DNA of 32,000 nucleotides from positions 1,050,001 to 1,082,000 of the forward strand of contig NZ_CP065936.1 in NCBI RefSeq assembly GCF_003367075.2, read 5' to 3'. Position 1 is the stretch's first letter. Each line of letters starts with the position of its first letter. Source of the DNA: Cylindrospermopsis raciborskii Cr2010 (lineage in GTDB: Bacteria; Cyanobacteriota; Cyanobacteriia; Cyanobacteriales; Nostocaceae). The translations under genes were made by a program, and so were the position numbers. A model generated the notes under the pieces. That model was not told where the DNA came from. It searched no databases and saw nothing but the letters and a program-made list of their open reading frames with translations. This document shows positions 28,026 through 32,000 of the stretch, piece after piece.

Positions 28026-28220
28026 CAACTTATCCTCCACTAAGATAACAAATTTTAAAGTTTTATATTGTATGTATTGAGCCAGAACGCCATAGACTAT
28101 AGCTGAAACTGATTGCTGGATAGGCATTCTGGCTTACCTTCGCCCGGGTAGCTACGGCTATAATTCCTTAAACTTTTCTCACCTGTAATTGGCAAAAGTA
28201 AGAAAAGTAAAATAGTCTAT

Positions 28221-28248
28221 GTGCTGATATTTTCAAAGGCATTAGCAC
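28221..28248 (-). terminator. Candidate terminator hairpin downstream of the 28318-28629 gene.
   Basis: On the minus strand, GTGCTAAT-n12-ATCAGCAC (one mismatch) is followed by the T-rich ATAGACTATTTTACTTTTCTT. Confidence 0.3.
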
Positions 28249-28317
28249 TAACGTAGCATGGGACACATTATTTTTTTATGAAAACAATGTTAAGATTCTA
28301 AACCTGAAATTTTGGTG

Positions 28318-28629
28318 TTATTTTATTTGACGATAGCGCATCCCTACCCTCCAGCACTCACCTAAAAGTTGATGCCAAGGGGCTAAAGTTGCCATATCTA
28401 GTCCCACCTGTTTACCAGTAGCATTAAATAGCATTTTGGATGTATTTACCTCCAGTTGTGCTTGTTTAACTCGGTCAAGTAAATCGGACTGTTCCTCTTC
28501 AGTCATAAATGAGATTTTCTCATTTTCCAACAATTGCTGGGAGCGGGCAAACCAATATTCAAAATCCTCTAAAAGTGGTTCTAGGAGTGATTGTAGCAGT
28601 TGGGAGGCCGAAAGGTTAGATTCTGGCAT
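28318..28629 (-). CDS. Small conserved cyanobacterial protein (DUF2605-like).
   Basis: A 103-aa ATG-initiated ORF. The block LLEPLLEDFEYWFARSQQLLE resembles a cyanobacteria-restricted family. Its function is unknown. Confidence 0.55.
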   Translation of the reverse strand: MPESNLSASQLLQSLLEPLLEDFEYWFARSQQLLENEKISFMTEEEQSDLLDRVKQAQLEVNTSKMLFNATGKQVGLDMATLAPWHQLLGECWRVGMRYRQIK

Positions 28630-28781
28630 ATATGAAAAGTATATTTCTAAAGGTCATTCTTATATTAACTCTATTCATAAAACTTTACAATTTGTAAATT
28701 TTCTCAAAGAAAAAATAGAACAAGAGAGCTTCCCCCCAGCGGATATTTTGGTAAATTAGGAGAATCAACAGTTACGCCCAA

Positions 28782-28894
28782 TAAGTGGGTGGGTGGAATT
28801 AAATATAAGACGAACGTAGGTTGGGTTGAAGCATGAAACCCAACGCCCGCATGGGTTAGGCTTAACCCATCCTACAAGTAATTGTGCCTCCCTA
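28782..28894 (-). repeat. Copy B of the dispersed MITE-like repeat, in inverted orientation relative to copy A, upstream of thrS.
   Basis: It aligns to the reverse complement of 1841-1940 with only a few substitutions. It also has a 13-nt longer internal segment that forms an extra hairpin, ATGGGTTA-ggct-TAACCCAT (28851-28870). Confidence 0.8.
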
Positions 28895-28974
28895 CTTAGC
28901 TGTAAAGTATCTATTAAGATATTTCTTATCAAAACTAGTTCTGTCAACATTAATTTAAAAGCTACCAACAGCCG

Positions 28975-30807
28975 ATGTCGTCAAATCAAGAAGCTCAAAA
29001 TTTAGAAAAACCAGCGGAAAAAATTTATTTACCCAAGACTAGCGAATCAGAGATCTTAAAAAAAATTCGCCATACTGCTTCCCATATCATGGCCATGGCA
29101 GTACAAAAGCTGTTTCCTAGGGCGCAAGTGACCATAGGTCCCTGGATTGAGAATGGTTTTTACTATGACTTTGATAACCCAGAACCCTTTAGCGATAAAG
29201 ATTTAAAAGCCATTCAAAAGGAAATGGTGAAGATTATTAACCGTAAATTACCTGTGATACGGGAAGAAGTCAGTCGAGAGGAAGCCAAAAAACGGATTGA
29301 AAAAATTCAGGAGCCATATAAATTAGAGATTTTGGCGGATATTAAACAAGAGCCAATCACTATTTATCACTTAGGAGATGAATGGTGGGATTTATGTGCA
29401 GGTCCCCATCTGGAAAACACTAAGGATATCAATCCCAAAGCTATTGAACTAGAAAGCGTTGCAGGTGCTTACTGGCGTGGTGATGAAACTAAAGCCCAAT
29501 TGCAGCGTATTTATGCCACCGCATGGCAAACCCCCGAACAGCTAGGAGAATATAAACGTCGCAAAGAAGAAGCTTTAAGACGTGACCATCGTAAAATTGG
29601 TAAAGAATTGGGTTTATTTATTTTCTCTGACCCTGTAGGTCCAGGGTTACCCTTATGGACCCCCAAAGGTACCTTATTGAGAAGCATCTTAGAAGATTTC
29701 CTGAAAAAAGAACAGTTAAAAAGGGGTTATTTACCAGTGGTTACCCCCCATATTGCCAGGGTAGATTTATTTAAAACATCGGGACACTGGCAAAAATACA
29801 AAGAAGATATGTTTCCCATGATGGCGGAAAATGAAGAATCAAAAGCCCTAGATCAGGGTTTTGTCCTCAAGCCCATGAACTGCCCATTTCATATTCAAAT
29901 ATATAAAAGTGAACTGCGTTCTTACCGAGAATTACCCATGCGATTGGCAGAATTTGGCACAGTTTACCGTTATGAGCAGTCCGGTGAGTTAGGAGGTTTA
30001 ACCCGAGTGCGAGGTTTTACCGTGGACGATTCCCATTTATTTGTCACACCAGAGCAATTAGATGAAGAGTTTTTAAACGTTGTGGATTTAATCTTGACCG
30101 TATTTAGAATGTTACAACTGAAAAATTTTAAAGCGAGATTGAGTTTTAGAGATCCGACCAGTGATAAATACATTGGTGGGGACGAAGTTTGGGATAAAGC
30201 AGAGGGAGCAATTCGTCGTGCGGTGCAGCAGTTGGGAATGGATCACTTTGAGGGTATAGGGGAAGCAGCTTTTTATGGTCCAAAACTGGACTTTATCTTC
30301 AGCGATGTTTTAGAAAGAGAATGGCAATTGGGAACAGTACAGGTGGACTACAATCTACCGGAAAGGTTTGACCTAGAATATGTAGCAGAGGATGGGTCAC
30401 GAAAACGCCCAGTTATGATTCACCGAGCTCCCTTTGGTTCCCTAGAAAGACTGATTGGCATTTTAATTGAGGAATATGCAGGGGATTTTCCTCTCTGGTT
30501 AGCACCAATACAAATTCGACTCCTACCAGTTGGTGAACAACAAATTGAGTTCACCAAAGAAGTAGCTGGGAAAATGACAGAGCTGGGAATTAGAGCCCAA
30601 GCAGACCTAAGTGGCGATCGCCTGGCCAAATTAATCCGCAATGGGGAGAAAGATAAAATACCCGTGATGGCGGTAGTAGGTGCTAAAGAGGTGGAAAGTA
30701 ATTCTTTGAGTATTCGCACCCGTGCATCTGGTGAACTGGGGGTAATACCCGTCGAAAAAGTTGTGGAGAAAATGCAGGATTCCATAATCAACTATAGCAA
30801 CTTTTAG
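28975..30807 (+). CDS. thrS: Threonine--tRNA ligase.
   Basis: It has the class II aaRS core, the DHRKIGKELGLF motif, the editing-domain HxxxH (HTASHIMA) and a C-terminal anticodon-binding domain. The similarity is colinear over its full length. Confidence 0.95.
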   Translation: MSSNQEAQNLEKPAEKIYLPKTSESEILKKIRHTASHIMAMAVQKLFPRAQVTIGPWIENGFYYDFDNPEPFSDKDLKAIQKEMVKIINRKLPVIREEVSREEAKKRIEKIQEPYKLEILADIKQEPITIYHLGDEWWDLCAGPHLENTKDINPKAIELESVAGAYWRGDETKAQLQRIYATAWQTPEQLGEYKRRKEEALRRDHRKIGKELGLFIFSDPVGPGLPLWTPKGTLLRSILEDFLKKEQLKRGYLPVVTPHIARVDLFKTSGHWQKYKEDMFPMMAENEESKALDQGFVLKPMNCPFHIQIYKSELRSYRELPMRLAEFGTVYRYEQSGELGGLTRVRGFTVDDSHLFVTPEQLDEEFLNVVDLILTVFRMLQLKNFKARLSFRDPTSDKYIGGDEVWDKAEGAIRRAVQQLGMDHFEGIGEAAFYGPKLDFIFSDVLEREWQLGTVQVDYNLPERFDLEYVAEDGSRKRPVMIHRAPFGSLERLIGILIEEYAGDFPLWLAPIQIRLLPVGEQQIEFTKEVAGKMTELGIRAQADLSGDRLAKLIRNGEKDKIPVMAVVGAKEVESNSLSIRTRASGELGVIPVEKVVEKMQDSIINYSNF

Positions 30808-30829
30808 GACGGGGGTTGTAAAGGTTCTA

Positions 30830-32000
30830 CTACCTGAGATTTGCCAAGGCGTAAATACTGGGAGAACTTTGGGAGATAACAGTATAAGATTGACGAATAT
30901 GGGCATTGACAGCCACGGTTTTAGCATCATACATTTGCATAAATACCTTGGGATATAAACCAATGCCAATAATTAATACCAGGAAACAACCTGCTATAAA
31001 CACTTCCCTAGGTTTGGCATCACTGTAAATTGACTGATTAGGTAAAAGACAATCAGTACCAAAACAGGCGGTTCCTTCGTCTTCCTGATTCTCCACTCCC
31101 GCACTAGTGATATCGCATGTCAAAGCTGCATCTTTACCATAAAATACCTGACGTAACATGGAAAGCAGATAAATCGGTGTAAGAATAACACCCACAGCTG
31201 CGAGGAAAACTGTCACTGTACAGAAAGTGGATGTATAAACATCACTAGTGGTTACACCCACAAATACGGAAAGCTCTCCCACAAAACCACTCATTCCCGG
31301 TAAAGCTAGAGAAGCCATCGCACCCATGGTAAACAATGCAAATACTACGGGCATAGCTTGACCAACACCGCCCATATCCTTCATTACCATGGTATGAGTA
31401 CGATCATAAGTAACACCAGCTAAAAAGAAGAGAACGGAGGCAATTAATCCATGGGATAGCATTTGTAGCATTGCTCCATTCATACCCAAATCGGTAAAGG
31501 AAGCCAAACCGAGGAGGACAAAACCCATGTGAGAAATGGATGAGAAAGCCAAACGTCGTTTCATATTCGTTTGGGCAAAGGAGTTTAATGCACCATAGAT
31601 AATATTCACCACGCCCAGGACTGCTATTACTGGTGCAAAATAAATGTGAGCATCCGGTAATAATTCCATGTTAAGGCGAATTAATCCATAACCACCCATT
31701 TTGAGCAGCACTCCTGCCAAAATCATTGACACAGGAGAAGATGCTTCACCATGTGCATCTGGTAACCAGGTATGTAGGGGGAAAATTGCTAACTTGACTC
31801 CAAAAGCAATAAACAGTCCTGCATACAGCAGTAATTGTAGGGTAAGAGGGTAGTTTTTGGTAGCTAGGTCGCTAACATCAAAACTGAGATTATCTCCACC
31901 GTATAAACCCATGGCCAGAGCAGCTATGAGGATAAATATGGAAGCAGCTGCGGTGTATATGATAAACTTTGTAGCAGCGTAACGTCTTCTTTGACCACCC
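30830..32000 (-). CDS. ndhD: NAD(P)H-quinone oxidoreductase (NDH-1) subunit 4 / NdhD, 3' portion. The gene continues beyond the window.
   Basis: ...[33 protein letters not shown]... is the proton-pumping antiporter-like subunit signature. The frame stays open upstream of the listed Met (31913-31999 translates as [29 protein letters not shown]). Confidence 0.9.
   Translation of the reverse strand, partial: GGQRRRYAATKFIIYTAAASIFILIAALAMGLYGGDNLSFDVSDLATKNYPLTLQLLLYAGLFIAFGVKLAIFPLHTWLPDAHGEASSPVSMILAGVLLKMGGYGLIRLNMELLPDAHIYFAPVIAVLGVVNIIYGALNSFAQTNMKRRLAFSSISHMGFVLLGLASFTDLGMNGAMLQMLSHGLIASVLFFLAGVTYDRTHTMVMKDMGGVGQAMPVVFALFTMGAMASLALPGMSGFVGELSVFVGVTTSDVYTSTFCTVTVFLAAVGVILTPIYLLSMLRQVFYGKDAALTCDITSAGVENQEDEGTACFGTDCLLPNQSIYSDAKPREVFIAGCFLVLIIGIGLYPKVFMQMYDAKTVAVNAHIRQSYTVISQSSPSIYALANLR

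Noticed and set aside
28026-28127. A 34-codon N-terminal extension of the DUF2973-like ORF.
   Set aside because: The internal ATG at 28025 has a GGAGGA-type ribosome-binding site and starts directly at the conserved TM helix. The extension looks non-coding.
28684-28698. The palindrome TTTACA-att-TGTAAA in the divergent region upstream of thrS.
   Set aside because: It is a short AT-rich dyad that is easily produced by chance in an AT-rich intergenic region, and I recognise no matching binding-site family.
28436-28759. A 107-aa plus-strand ORF antisense to the DUF2605-like gene.
   Set aside because: It is Ser-rich and low-complexity. The minus-strand ORF has the recognisable conserved family sequence.
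28765-28968. A 67-aa minus-strand ORF upstream of thrS.
   Set aside because: It is made almost entirely of the dispersed repeat (copy B). The peptide ...LVGWVKPNPCGRWVSCFNPTYV... is the kind of artefactual translation these hairpin repeats give.
30631-30969. 112-aa and 123-aa minus-strand ORFs overlapping the thrS 3' end.
   Set aside because: They are antisense to thrS and overlap the ndhD 3' end out of frame. Nothing supports them.

Overview
This window looks like chromosomal DNA from a filamentous, Nostocales-like cyanobacterium. The evidence is AT-rich coding sequence, nine copies of the HIP1 octamer GCGATCGC, and cyanobacteria- or plastid-specific genes (psaD, ndhD, ycf46, ycf35, sqdB/sqdX, narM). 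I support 25 protein-coding genes and found no rRNA, tRNA, CRISPR array, transposase or integrase.

Gene content, left to right:
- The distal part of the nitrate-assimilation operon: nrtC (5'-truncated by the window edge), nrtD and narB, followed co-directionally by a PsiE-like membrane protein, narM and an FHA-PrsW intramembrane protease.
- A minus-strand run: purC, Omp85/BamA-family protein, CHAT-FHA caspase-like protease, and an acidic hypothetical protein.
- The sulfolipid genes sqdB and sqdX.
- A cluster of a ribbon-helix-helix-like protein, ycf46 (AAA+), ycf35 (DUF1257) and a PD-(D/E)XK-like protein.
- trpE and psaD, then a DICT-GAF histidine kinase.
- A 1378-aa glycerophosphodiester phosphodiesterase / phytase-like / RTX protein.
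- Two small cyanobacterial DUF genes, thrS, and the 3' part of ndhD.

The most unusual signals are:
1. Two unrelated proteases (PrsW-type intramembrane and CHAT caspase-like), each fused to an FHA phosphothreonine-reader domain, converging on a small acidic protein.
2. The ycf46/ycf35 neighbourhood, flanked by a DNA-binding-like protein and a nuclease-fold protein.
3. The nested, duplicated architecture of the giant phosphodiesterase, with Pho-box-like repeats upstream.
4. A roughly 100-nt hairpin-bearing dispersed repeat present twice in inverted orientation, one copy inside the nitrate operon.

All functional assignments come from motif and family recognition by eye. No database search was run.
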